This document shows, piece by piece, positions 8,502 through 17,832 of a DNA stretch of 26,779 nt. Under the pieces are notes generated by a model that was given only the letters and a program-made list of their open reading frames with translations, was not told where the DNA came from and did no database searches. Each line of letters opens with the position of its first letter. Position 1 is the stretch's first letter. Source of the DNA: Candidatus Buchananbacteria bacterium RIFCSPLOWO2_02_FULL_46_11b (lineage in GTDB: Bacteria; Patescibacteriota; Patescibacteriia; Buchananbacterales; UBA6539); contig MHIR01000023.1 in NCBI GenBank assembly GCA_001817615.1, positions 5,313-32,091 on the forward strand, in the 5' to 3' direction. The translations under genes and the position numbers were made by a program.

Positions 8502-8607
8502 AATTATCGGATAAATATTAGAAGTAAATTTAGAAGCTATTTGTTAATTTACTTATTATTTTATAACACCCGGCTTATTTATAAATTGAATCTTTAAATA
8601 GAAAAAA

Positions 8608-9342
8608 TCAACGTTTATAAACCCGGCTGGAAACCGTGGTTTGCAAATACAAAGTTTTTATTTCCTGGGCCCGGGCGGCCACGGATTGAAAACCCAGGAC
8701 AATCGTTGCCCGCGGCTGGAAATTAAACGGCCGGCAAAGATTTTGGCCTAAATCTTGATTTAATTCGCAATTATTAGACTGGCAGGAAGCGGCGCTATCG
8801 CATAAACAGTAGCCGGACAAATTGCTTGGATTGCGGTCGTCAATCGTGCAGCCCAGCGCCGCGCTTTGGCAGCCGACGACTTCGCCGGCCTGGTTGGTAT
8901 TGCACCTTTCTTCGGCAAAAGGATTGGTCGTCGGATTAATATAAAAATCAAACTTGGTCACGATTACTTGATTTTTTTCAGTCAAGGCAAAACGGCCGCC
9001 GCCTTCAGCCTGATAAATCACGCCATTTTCAAGCGAGTAGCGCAAATTATTGCCCGCCTGGTCAATTAAAGCCAGGCTGTTTACCGGCTGGCTAAGATCG
9101 CTGGCGCGGTCTTCATAATAGCCGTAATCAATTTCCGAAGTCCTGATTTTCTGGGCCATTGATTCCAGGACATAGCGCAGATTGGCCAAAACTTGCTGGC
9201 GGCTGCCGGTTTGGCGCTGGGCCTGCATGGCCAAAATAAAAACATTAAGCACGATCAGCGTCAAAACGGAAAATATCGCGATGACCACGACCATCTCCAT
9301 TAGAGTAAAACCAAAATTTTTCCCCTTTTTATTTCCAGGCAT
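8608..9342 (-). CDS. Minor pilin (PilW/GspJ-like) with a Cys-rich insert
   Basis: Class III signal G|FTLMEMVVVIAIF. Start reassigned to the ATG at 9342 (MPGNKKGKNF), overlapping the upstream stop. Confidence 0.8.
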   Translation of the reverse strand: MPGNKKGKNFGFTLMEMVVVIAIFSVLTLIVLNVFILAMQAQRQTGSRQQVLANLRYVLESMAQKIRTSEIDYGYYEDRASDLSQPVNSLALIDQAGNNLRYSLENGVIYQAEGGGRFALTEKNQVIVTKFDFYINPTTNPFAEERCNTNQAGEVVGCQSAALGCTIDDRNPSNLSGYCLCDSAASCQSNNCELNQDLGQNLCRPFNFQPRATIVLGFQSVAARAQEIKTLYLQTTVSSRVYKR

Positions 9343-9919
9343 ATAATAATTCTTCCAAAACGACTTGCCGCGTCCGCTTGTTTTCCGGCCAGCCAACCAC
9401 GGCGCCGGCTTTAAGGCCGATCTTTCTTTCATTGGCTTCGCGGTCGCAAGAATCTTTAATTGATTCGGCGCCGTCAGCCGCCAGGCAAATATCGCTTAAA
9501 TTTAAATGGCGCGAAAACAGAGCGGGCGGGCCGCTGTTTTTATCATGGCTGTAAATTTTTTTGCCGGCGGAAAAATAAAGCCGCTCGTCATATTCTTCGC
9601 CGGCAAAAATAAGCCGCCACTGATTAAGGGAAGCGTCAAAAAAAACAATCGCTTTGGCGCCGCCGTCAAGGCCAAAGTCCCAATCTTGCCCGGCCAAGGA
9701 ATTGGAATCGCGCAGATGGCGCACGACTTCAATTTCTTCCCGGGCCAGATTATTGGCCATAATTTGCAATTCGCTTTCTTTTTGGCCGGCGATATTGCTG
9801 AAAACTAAGGATAAAACCGCGGAAACCACGGCCAATAAAATGGCGATGGCCACGATGGTTTCCATTAAGCTTTGGCCCCGGGGAGATTTTTTAATTTTTT
9901 TCAGTCTAATAAAGGCCAT
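9329..9919 (-). CDS. Minor pilin (PilV/GspI-like)
   Basis: G|QSLMETIVAIAILL...ANNLAREEIEVVRHLRDSN. Start reassigned to the ATG at 9919, a 14-nt overlap with the upstream gene. Confidence 0.78.
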   Translation of the reverse strand: MAFIRLKKIKKSPRGQSLMETIVAIAILLAVVSAVLSLVFSNIAGQKESELQIMANNLAREEIEVVRHLRDSNSLAGQDWDFGLDGGAKAIVFFDASLNQWRLIFAGEEYDERLYFSAGKKIYSHDKNSGPPALFSRHLNLSDICLAADGAESIKDSCDREANERKIGLKAGAVVGWPENKRTRQVVLEELLYAWK

Positions 9920-10580
9920 AATTAACCGCGCCGGACAGCAGGGAGACATAAAAATATCCCCGCCGGCCGGATTTAACATGTTCAATCATCCCGCCGACAT
10001 ACTTAAATTGATTGCCCGCCCCGTCAGCCGCCGGTACGGCCATAATGCTGTTGGGCAAAGAAAAAATAATTTCCAAAGACGGACTGGGTTTTTCCGGAAT
10101 TCCAAGATTCTGCCAAGGACTTTGATCAAGCCCGAGGGGAAACGGCTTGTCCGCTTCCGGTTCAACCAGGCCAGATAAAGAAATAATTTTTATATTGCCG
10201 ATTTCTTGGGGATTATTGGGCAGGCTGGGTTTGGGTACAGCGGCGTAAGCGGGCAAAACCGCGAAAGATTCGTATGATTGGCGGCCTTTTATAAAACGGA
10301 TGCCATAGCCATCGGTTGTCGTGCCGGCCGGATAAACGGCGGGATCAACCAGCAACTGGCCGGCCAGGCTCTTGGTCCGAACCGAAGTGATGCCTTCAAC
10401 CAATTGCTTTAAATTAACGTCAATTTCCTGGCTTCTTTGGCCGGCCCGAAAATTCGGCAAAACCGCGAGCATGAGCAAAGTGATAATAAACAAAGACACC
10501 AAAGCCTCGGGCAAAGAGAAGCCTTGTTTTTGTTTTATTGCTTTATTGTTTTTTTGTTTTATTGTTTTTTTGAATAGCAT
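9906..10580 (-). CDS. Minor pilin (FimT/GspH-like)
   Basis: Basic leader then G|FSLPEALVSLFIITLL (Glu at +5). Confidence 0.78.
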   Translation of the reverse strand: MLFKKTIKQKNNKAIKQKQGFSLPEALVSLFIITLLMLAVLPNFRAGQRSQEIDVNLKQLVEGITSVRTKSLAGQLLVDPAVYPAGTTTDGYGIRFIKGRQSYESFAVLPAYAAVPKPSLPNNPQEIGNIKIISLSGLVEPEADKPFPLGLDQSPWQNLGIPEKPSPSLEIIFSLPNSIMAVPAADGAGNQFKYVGGMIEHVKSGRRGYFYVSLLSGAVNYGLY

Positions 10581-11329
10581 TAATAATAAGTTAAATTAAG
10601 ATACCAGGCCAAAATCGGCCGGCCGTAAATCAAAGCGATAAACGTCCCGGCGGCCAAAAACGGGCCGAAGGGAATTTCTGAAGACATCGCTTTCTTTTTC
10701 CGGGCCAGTAAAACCAGGCTGACGCCGGCGCCGATCAGATAGGCTAAAAACAGCGCCACCAATAAATATTGCCAGCCCAGCATCAGGCCCATCAGCGCGC
10801 CCAGGCGGATATCGCCGTCTCCCACCCAGCGGCCCCGGGAAATAAGGTACTGCGACCCGAAGAAGCCGGCGCCCAAAACCGCGGCCAAAATCAGATTCCA
10901 AAACCCCAATTTCAGATAAAGGCCGGCAAAAAACGCGAAAATCATGGCCGGCAGCGCAACTTCATCCGGAATCTGACGATACTTCAAATCATAAACAAAA
11001 ATCACCAGCAAAACCGCAGTCAAAATCGCGCTGGCCCAAAATCTGAAAGTCAGGCCGAAATGCCAATAAAGAAATAAAAAAATCAGGCCCGCGGACAATT
11101 CCACCAAGGGATGCTCCAAACTAATCGGCTTTCGGCATTGCCGGCAGCGTCCGCCGAGAAGAGCAAAGCTCAAAAGCGGGATATTGTCATGCCAGGCAAT
11201 CGGTTTTTTGCATTGAGGGCAAAAAGACCGGCCGAAAAGGAATGATTTTCCCAGTTTTAGCCGAAAAATCACGACATTCAAGAAGCTGCCGACGGCCAGG
11301 CCGAGGAGGAAGACGAGTGTAGCAAACAT
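10580..11329 (-). CDS. pilD: Prepilin peptidase (A24)
   Basis: VGSFLNVVIFRL, RSFCPQC...GRCRQC zinc motif, VYDLKY and GDGDIRL catalytic Asp motifs. The start could be 11329 or 11380. Confidence 0.95.
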   Translation of the reverse strand: MFATLVFLLGLAVGSFLNVVIFRLKLGKSFLFGRSFCPQCKKPIAWHDNIPLLSFALLGGRCRQCRKPISLEHPLVELSAGLIFLFLYWHFGLTFRFWASAILTAVLLVIFVYDLKYRQIPDEVALPAMIFAFFAGLYLKLGFWNLILAAVLGAGFFGSQYLISRGRWVGDGDIRLGALMGLMLGWQYLLVALFLAYLIGAGVSLVLLARKKKAMSSEIPFGPFLAAGTFIALIYGRPILAWYLNLTYY

Positions 11330-11336
11330 AGGTAGA

Positions 11337-11520
11337 GACAAGTGACAAGAAACAAGCGACAAGTTGCCATTATTTCGCATCACTATTATTATACCACAAA
11401 AATTAGTTTATAGCTACTTTTCTGACTCATTATTTTTATTCTAAAATTCCCCATTTTTAAACTTTCATAATATCACATGAGTAGCTTTAGTCCTTGTCTC
11501 TTGTCTCTTGTCGCTTGTTA
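11337..11520. repeat. GACAAGN heptamer arms flanking the DUF2723-pilD junction
   Basis: Four units at 11337-11364 and four complementary units at 11493-11520; 11351-11363 pairs perfectly with 11507-11519. Confidence 0.75.
11388..11398 (-). promoter_or_regulatory. Extended -10 promoter for pilD and the minor pilins
   Basis: TGTGGTATAAT on the minus strand. Confidence 0.65.
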
Positions 11521-11553
11521 TACTTACAAAGTAAAACTAAGGCAGGGCTCACC

Positions 11554-13500
11554 CTACTCCCCCAGCCATTCCCGGCGGTAATCCAAAAACCTCACGTACT
11601 CATGGCTGAAAGGCAGATTATCCAAAAGCACGGCTTTCGCCAAATATTTTTGCGATTCGGCCTTATGGCCGGCGGTCAGGTAATAAGCCGCCAGATTATA
11701 ATAATAATGGGCCGCCATTCCCTTGACCGGATATTCGCTTAATTCGTCAACTTCGGCCAAATTCCGAATGGCGGAAAAATCGCCCGGCAATTTCGCTTTT
11801 CTGGCTTCCGCCAGGCTCGGATAAATCCTGAAAACATAGCCGTTGGACAAGCCGAATAATTTCTTATCATTGCTTTTTCGGGTCACGGCGAAATTGGTGT
11901 AAATCGGCCGGTCTTTAATCACTTCATTAAGCAAATTGAATATTACCCGGTTTCTTTCGTCTAAGCTAAGTTTGATATAATCGGCCGGATAAACAAGCTG
12001 GACGTCTTTCCGGAAAAAATTATGGTCGGAAACCACGGCCACGTCCGGCCGGAAATTTTCCACCAGTTTCAGGTAAATCAGGGAAAAAAGCTCGGTATCG
12101 GCCTGCAAGCTCCCGTCAAAAGCAAAAAAATAAACGCCGTTTGGCTCCAAACCGGCCAATAAATTTTTCGTGTAATCGTAATTCAGCCAAAAATCGCTTA
12201 AATCATTGGCGCGGTAATTGGCAATGACAAAATCAACCGGCAGGGAAAGCAAAACCAGAATGAAAGCGATTTGCGCGGTTTTTAAAATCCGCGCCGAACG
12301 TTTGGCCAAAAACGCGGTTAAAAAACCATACAGATAATCAAGGATTACGGCCAGCCAAAAAGCGGCGATTAAAAACGCCGGCAGATAATAAACCCGGTAG
12401 GTATAGCTGATGCCGGCCCCAAAGCCGAATTTCCGCAGATAAATGATGCCCAGGCTGTTTAGTAAAAATACGCCCGCCGATAAAATAAAAACCGGTCGGT
12501 TGAGGCGCCAAAGATAAATCGCGCCGGCCAGAGCCAAAAAAAGCGCGGGCCAAAAAAATTGCAAAGCGATTTCCACGAAAAAATAAATCACCAGGCCGGT
12601 TTTATCATGCAGGCTGGCCCAGGGAGCGAAATCATGGTATTGGGCGCGGAGGATATGCGTCAGAACGTTTTGCCAGCCGTTAAGCGAAACCCAGACAAAT
12701 TCGGCCTTCTGCCAGGACCGAATCGGCAAAAAGCCGTAAACCGAAAGCCCGGCCAAAAAAAGCAAGAACATTTTTAAAATAATTTTCCAATTCCTGAAAA
12801 TTCTCCGGTCAATAAAACCGGGCAGGCTTAAAGGCAGAAATAAAAGCCAGGCGGTTAAATCCGATAATTTCTTCCAATTCTTCGGCGGCTTAAAGAAAAA
12901 TAATTCTTGGCCGGTTAAAATAACCGGCTGGTTCGGCAAATACCATAAAATATAAACGATAAAGACCGGCGCGAATAAGGCCAGCATCGTGTGATTGGTC
13001 AGGCCCAAACCGTAGAAAAGGGCAAACCAAAGCAAATAAGAATTTTTTTTGTTTTCTCGCCAGCCAAGCAGGATTAAAATCAAAAGCGCGGCAAAAAAAG
13101 AATTCAGGGTGTAGACTTCGGCCAAAACGCTCTGCGACCAAAATGTCGGGCTGAAAGCCAGAAGCAAAGAAGCGCAAAAGGCAACCAGCCGGCTTTTAAC
13201 CAGTTTCCGGGAAACGAAATAAAGCAAAACCGCGGTCAGAGCGCCGAAGACCGCGGACATTAAATTAATCCGCCAGGCAAGCGAACCCAGGGGAATGAAG
13301 GTAAAAAGCTTGGCCAAAATCACCCAGAGCGGATAACCCGAAGGATGAGCAATGCCCAAAGTGTAGGCCGCCGACACGTATTCGCCGCTGTCTTCCATGA
13401 CGATATTCGGCGCCAAAGTGAACAAATAAACCGCCATGACCAGAAAAAAAATCAAGGCGCCGGCCAGAAAATCGCGGTTTATTTCAAGAAATTTTTTCAT
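11554..13500 (-). CDS. DUF2723/TMEM260-like multi-pass GT-C glycosyltransferase
   Basis: EDSGEYVSAAYTLGIAHPSGYPLW, FWSQSVLAEVYTLN and GLGLTNH motifs; many TM segments. Confidence 0.85.
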   Translation of the reverse strand: MKKFLEINRDFLAGALIFFLVMAVYLFTLAPNIVMEDSGEYVSAAYTLGIAHPSGYPLWVILAKLFTFIPLGSLAWRINLMSAVFGALTAVLLYFVSRKLVKSRLVAFCASLLLAFSPTFWSQSVLAEVYTLNSFFAALLILILLGWRENKKNSYLLWFALFYGLGLTNHTMLALFAPVFIVYILWYLPNQPVILTGQELFFFKPPKNWKKLSDLTAWLLFLPLSLPGFIDRRIFRNWKIILKMFLLFLAGLSVYGFLPIRSWQKAEFVWVSLNGWQNVLTHILRAQYHDFAPWASLHDKTGLVIYFFVEIALQFFWPALFLALAGAIYLWRLNRPVFILSAGVFLLNSLGIIYLRKFGFGAGISYTYRVYYLPAFLIAAFWLAVILDYLYGFLTAFLAKRSARILKTAQIAFILVLLSLPVDFVIANYRANDLSDFWLNYDYTKNLLAGLEPNGVYFFAFDGSLQADTELFSLIYLKLVENFRPDVAVVSDHNFFRKDVQLVYPADYIKLSLDERNRVIFNLLNEVIKDRPIYTNFAVTRKSNDKKLFGLSNGYVFRIYPSLAEARKAKLPGDFSAIRNLAEVDELSEYPVKGMAAHYYYNLAAYYLTAGHKAESQKYLAKAVLLDNLPFSHEYVRFLDYRREWLGE

Positions 13501-13510
13501 AATTATTGCC

Positions 13511-14890
13511 TCAAATCTTGAGATCGCGCAAGCTTAAAACAATCAATAAAATCATGGCCAGGGAAATAAAATTGTAATAATTAACAAAGCCCCGGCGCAA
13601 AAAAAACAGCCCCAGCAAAAATAGGATTGAGGCGTGCAAAAAACCGGCTAGATCTTTTTTGCCCCGCCTTAAAACGACAAGCAGCAAACCGGCCGCCGAA
13701 AATAAAAGCCACTGATTAATCCCGGCCTGAAAAACAATCCGGCTTAAATTATTAACTGACAAAGAATGCAGGCCTTCTTTAAATTTAAGCTGATCAATGA
13801 CAATATCGTAATAAAAGTCAGCCGGCTGCCAAAAAACAAAAGGCAGGACAATCAGGCCAAAAACCGCCAAAGCAATCAGCCAGGGCTTGAATTTTATTCC
13901 CCTGACGGCCAGTAAAAAGGGGACAAAGGCAAAAGCGGTCTGTTTGCTGGCTAAAAAAATTCCGAAAACCGCGAAAGCCGGCTGGCTTAAGCCGGCTAAA
14001 AAAAGATAAACAAAAAGATAAAGATAAAAAGCTAAAAACTGATCGGTCCAGCTTTGCTCCAAAACAAAAAGGCCCAGGGGCAGGTATAAAACCAAAAGCG
14101 CGCCCAGCTCGCTTATAATTTTTTGTCCGGCATGTTTATTCTTTAATAAAAAATAAACGATAAAAGCGCAGCCAAAAATGGCAAAAATATAAGAAAATCT
14201 GACGTCGCCAAAAAATAATTTGAAAACGGCGCTGATGATAATCGCCGCCGGCAGATAAGTATAATTATCATTGGCGCAATCCTGCTCGCCGTAGAAAGCC
14301 TGGCATTGGGCCGGCGAATAAACATTATAATATACTTCGGTATAAGGATTTTGGCCTTGCCAGATTGAATCCGCCCCGCCCTGCAATAGATAAAAAACAT
14401 CAATGTTCGGCGCCGGCGAATAAAAAATAATCAGTAGCCGCAAAGCCAAAGCTAAAATCACCAAATAATAAAATTTAAATTTGCTTAAATGCGATAAAAC
14501 GGCGGAAAAAAAATTATTGCCCAGAAGCTTAAAATCAACAAAATAAAGCAAGAATAAAAATAAGGCGGCAAATTTCAGTAAAATTATATTATTATCGCCT
14601 TGGCGCGAGACTAAATAAATGCCCCCGTCAAAAAAATAAGACAGAATAAAGCCGGCAAGATTAGCGGCCAAAAGCAATTTAACCGGGTCGGCGCCGAACT
14701 TAAATTCCAGCCAGGGCTTTTTTAAAAGCGGCAAAAGCAAAACTAACCAGCCCAAAAATAAAAGCCAAAGCTGGGCCTGGTGGAAATACAAGCCTTGATT
14801 CAAACCATAGCCCAGCAAGATTAAAATATGGGCGGCGATAAGATAAGGCAGCTTGGAGAATGGTTGCGGCTGGTCTATGGCGGTTGACAT
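13511..14890 (-). CDS. GT87-like (GT-C fold) polytopic membrane glycosyltransferase
   Basis: PNIDVFY...GQNPY, YTYLP and ASKQ motifs in a highly hydrophobic 459-aa protein. Confidence 0.6.
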   Translation of the reverse strand: MSTAIDQPQPFSKLPYLIAAHILILLGYGLNQGLYFHQAQLWLLFLGWLVLLLPLLKKPWLEFKFGADPVKLLLAANLAGFILSYFFDGGIYLVSRQGDNNIILLKFAALFLFLLYFVDFKLLGNNFFSAVLSHLSKFKFYYLVILALALRLLIIFYSPAPNIDVFYLLQGGADSIWQGQNPYTEVYYNVYSPAQCQAFYGEQDCANDNYTYLPAAIIISAVFKLFFGDVRFSYIFAIFGCAFIVYFLLKNKHAGQKIISELGALLVLYLPLGLFVLEQSWTDQFLAFYLYLFVYLFLAGLSQPAFAVFGIFLASKQTAFAFVPFLLAVRGIKFKPWLIALAVFGLIVLPFVFWQPADFYYDIVIDQLKFKEGLHSLSVNNLSRIVFQAGINQWLLFSAAGLLLVVLRRGKKDLAGFLHASILFLLGLFFLRRGFVNYYNFISLAMILLIVLSLRDLKI

Positions 14891-14896
14891 ACTAGA

Positions 14897-17155
14897 TTAA
14901 TTCACGCGCGTTTTATGACTGATTTTATTTAAGCTAAACAGGCACAAAACTAAAAATAACGAAAAAATGCTTATCCATTTGCCGATAATATAAGCCAGGG
15001 GTTGGTAATAAAAAATTACCTCATGCTTGCCCGCCGGCGCTAAAATTGCCATATAAGCGTAATTGGCGCGCCAAATTTCGGCTTTTTGGCCGTCAATTTT
15101 TGCCTGCCAGCCGGGGTCGTAATTCTGGCTGAAAAATAAATAACCAATTTGGGAAAAATCGGCGGTCAAAGATATTTCTCCTGATTTTTTCTCTTTGATT
15201 GATATGGTTGAAGCCGGCACCGGCTCCCCCGCTTGATTAATTGAACCGGCATTTTTTTCCGCTAAAATTATCTGCTTGCTTGGATCAAAATTTTGATCAA
15301 ATAATAAGGTTAGCGCGTTTTCCTGGCTGGCGGCGGCCAGAGTTTCAAAAACGGCAAAAATTTGAGGTAAAACCAGCTTATTTTGATAAATCTTTAAGGG
15401 CGGCAAAAAATCGCGCTTAATTTCTTTGACTAACGGCAAATTGCCGTTAGTTAATTCGCGATAAGACAATAAATATTTGACGTTTTGCAGGCCAAAAATT
15501 TTTAAAGTTTGATCGTCAAGGCCCGCGTCTTTTTCGGCCACTTTATCAATCTTAGTTTTAGCCGCCAAAACTTCACCCAATCTCTGGGCTTCTCTAAATA
15601 ACATTCCCCCCTCAAGCGAGGCCCGGTCTTGGGCCGAGCTCAAGCCCCAAAATATGTTTAAATTGGGCGGAATCAATTCCCGGCCGGAAATAAAAAACGA
15701 CAGGTTATTCTGCCAGCCGCCCGCCAGCCGGTAAAGAGACTGCCAGGCCTCGGGCCAGCCAAGGCTGTAAATCCGAAAATCAGCTTTGTCTTTTTTCAAA
15801 AATTCGGCGCTCTCGGCCGGGGAAAAATAAGCCTGGTAATCCAAAACTCCAAAATACTTGAAACCGACCAAAAACAAATCAGCCGCCGCGATTAAAATTA
15901 AAACCAAAGGCAATAATAAATTTAAAAGCATCTTTGATTTCAGGTTTTGGAAGCGGCGGCTTAATTTTTGCCAAAGCAGATCAAAACCGAAACCCGCCAG
16001 AACCGTCAGGCAAACCAGGGCCAAAAGCAAAAAGCGCTGGGGAAAACGGAACATGGAAAAGCCGGGAATGATTTTCCAAAAAATGATAAAAAGCGGGCTG
16101 AAATCGCCAAAAATAAACAAAAAAGAGCCGAGGGCTAAAATTGCCAGCCGCTTGACGTTGTTATCCCGGGGAAACAAGCAAAAGATCGCCAAAAGCGCCG
16201 AAACTAAAGGCAAAAGGCCGAAGTAAATATTATTCTCCCAAAATATGCCAAAAACCCTTAAATTGGCGGGAAAAGTCCCGGTAGCCGGATTGCCTAAAAA
16301 ATAAGGGGAAATAAAATATCCCAGGCTGGCCGGCGCGTAAGGGTAAGCGATAATATTGGAATAATCCATGGCCTGGCCCCGGCCGGAAAAACCAGAAAAA
16401 GAAAAAGTCGGCAGGAGCTGGATGGCGGCCAGGCCGAAAAAAACCAGGCCGATTAAAATCCAGGGCAAAATAATTTTTTTGGCGATATTTTTTAAATCCG
16501 GAATTTCGGCCAATAAAATTTTCAGGCAAAAATAAACAAAACCGGAAACCAAAGAAACATAAAGAATCGGCGGAAAACCGGCAAAAAATTGAACCGTAAA
16601 AACCGCGGCCAAAGCTAAAAGCCAATTTAGCTTGTTTTTTGCCGTTGAAAAATATTTTTCAATTAAATAAAATAAAAGCGGCAGCCAGACGGCGGCATTG
16701 ATCAAATTAAGATGCTTTAAGCGAAAAATAAAAAAACCGGAAAAGCTGAAAGCGACGGCGGAAAACAGCGCCCCCAGGGGGCTGATTTTTAAAACCCGGG
16801 CGTAGAGATAAATAAAAAGTCCGGCCAAAAAAAAGTTCAGAAAAAAACTCAAGTTAACCGCCCAATTAAACGGCAAGAAAACAAACAATAAATTCGGGGG
16901 ATAAAAAACGCCGGCCTGGCCTTCGGCCAAAACCGGAAAACCATTGGCCAGCCGATCGGTCCATAACGGCATTTGGCCGGCTTTCAAAGACTCGGCCGCG
17001 ACCTGGCGCAGGGGCAAATCAAGCTCGGTCAAATCGCTGCCCGTAAAATCGCCGGCGTAAGGAATTTTTTGGCCGGTCAAATAAGGGATAAAAAATAAAG
17101 CCGCCAGACCGAAGAGGAAGATTACGGGAATTAGGTTCTTTAAAGCGGATTTCAT
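14897..17155 (-). CDS. YfhO-family membrane protein (GT-C type)
   Basis: PLWTDRLANGFPVLAEGQAGVFYP near the N-terminus and YDPGWQAKIDG...RANYAYMAI..PAGKHEVIFYYQP at the C-terminus. Confidence 0.85.
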   Translation of the reverse strand: MKSALKNLIPVIFLFGLAALFFIPYLTGQKIPYAGDFTGSDLTELDLPLRQVAAESLKAGQMPLWTDRLANGFPVLAEGQAGVFYPPNLLFVFLPFNWAVNLSFFLNFFLAGLFIYLYARVLKISPLGALFSAVAFSFSGFFIFRLKHLNLINAAVWLPLLFYLIEKYFSTAKNKLNWLLALAAVFTVQFFAGFPPILYVSLVSGFVYFCLKILLAEIPDLKNIAKKIILPWILIGLVFFGLAAIQLLPTFSFSGFSGRGQAMDYSNIIAYPYAPASLGYFISPYFLGNPATGTFPANLRVFGIFWENNIYFGLLPLVSALLAIFCLFPRDNNVKRLAILALGSFLFIFGDFSPLFIIFWKIIPGFSMFRFPQRFLLLALVCLTVLAGFGFDLLWQKLSRRFQNLKSKMLLNLLLPLVLILIAAADLFLVGFKYFGVLDYQAYFSPAESAEFLKKDKADFRIYSLGWPEAWQSLYRLAGGWQNNLSFFISGRELIPPNLNIFWGLSSAQDRASLEGGMLFREAQRLGEVLAAKTKIDKVAEKDAGLDDQTLKIFGLQNVKYLLSYRELTNGNLPLVKEIKRDFLPPLKIYQNKLVLPQIFAVFETLAAASQENALTLLFDQNFDPSKQIILAEKNAGSINQAGEPVPASTISIKEKKSGEISLTADFSQIGYLFFSQNYDPGWQAKIDGQKAEIWRANYAYMAILAPAGKHEVIFYYQPLAYIIGKWISIFSLFLVLCLFSLNKISHKTRVN

Positions 17156-17161
17156 GGCTGT

Positions 17162-17170
17162 ATTATAGCA
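17162..17170 (-). promoter_or_regulatory. Extended -10 promoter 6 nt before the YfhO ATG
   Basis: TGC-TATAAT-ACAGCC-ATG. Confidence 0.6.
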
Positions 17171-17340
17171 TTAAAAGCGCCGAATTCCAAATCAGAACTG
17201 CAAATTAATACGGCAAATTGAGATTCGTTTTTTAGAATAAAGGGAAAAATTACAAATTCAATCCCGTATTAAAAATGCGGCATTGAATTTATAATTTCCC
17301 CTATTAACATCAAAATACTATTATAACTTATAATAAAACT

Positions 17341-17379
17341 AAAAACAAAAACCCCGTCTCTATGAAGAAACGGGGTTTT
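17341..17379 (-). terminator. Intrinsic terminator of the major pilin gene
   Basis: ACCCCGT/ACGGGGT stem (extendable with G-U pairs) followed by TTTTGTTTTT, 24 nt after the stop. Confidence 0.8.
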
Positions 17380-17403
17380 AGGAAGCTTCCGCTATATGAA
17401 AAA

Positions 17404-17832
17404 TTACTGAAGTCCGTTTTGATCGGCCGTGTGAACGCCCAGGCCTAAGCCGCCAACTGGTCCTTCCAGGCTGAAAATCAAACTATAGGTCGTATTGTCG
17501 CCGACATAAGTATAGCTCTGGGCCGGCAGCGGATCAACCGGAATTAAGCCCATGTAAGCGTCGGCGCAGCCCGCCGAACTAAAGCCAATCGTGCCTAAAC
17601 ATTTAGTCGCGCTGGCGCCTAAAACGACCGCCGCCCCTTCCGAAGGATAAGCCGATTGATCGTTGAAATAAAGCTCCAGCGCGGTCTGAATCTGCTTGAC
17701 GTCGGCCACGCGCTTGGCATCCCGGGCTTTCAACCGCGCGGAATTCAAAGCGACGACCGCCAGGGTGGACAATAAGCCGATAATGGCGATTACCACCAAT
17801 AGTTCAATTAAGGTAAAACCTTTCTTTCTCAT
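17404..17832 (-). CDS. Type IV pilin, likely the major subunit
   Basis: MRKKG|FTLIELLVVIAIIGLL...ARDAKRVADVKQIQTALELY; strong SD AAGGAGGTGA (17837-17846); has its own promoter and terminator; one Cys pair. Confidence 0.9.
   Translation of the reverse strand: MRKKGFTLIELLVVIAIIGLLSTLAVVALNSARLKARDAKRVADVKQIQTALELYFNDQSAYPSEGAAVVLGASATKCLGTIGFSSAGCADAYMGLIPVDPLPAQSYTYVGDNTTYSLIFSLEGPVGGLGLGVHTADQNGLQ

Noticed and set aside
13511-13513. Alternative genetic code (TGA = Gly, as in Gracilibacteria/Absconditabacteria)
   Set aside because: TGA ends this gene cleanly before the next one, and the conserved genes are full length under code 11.
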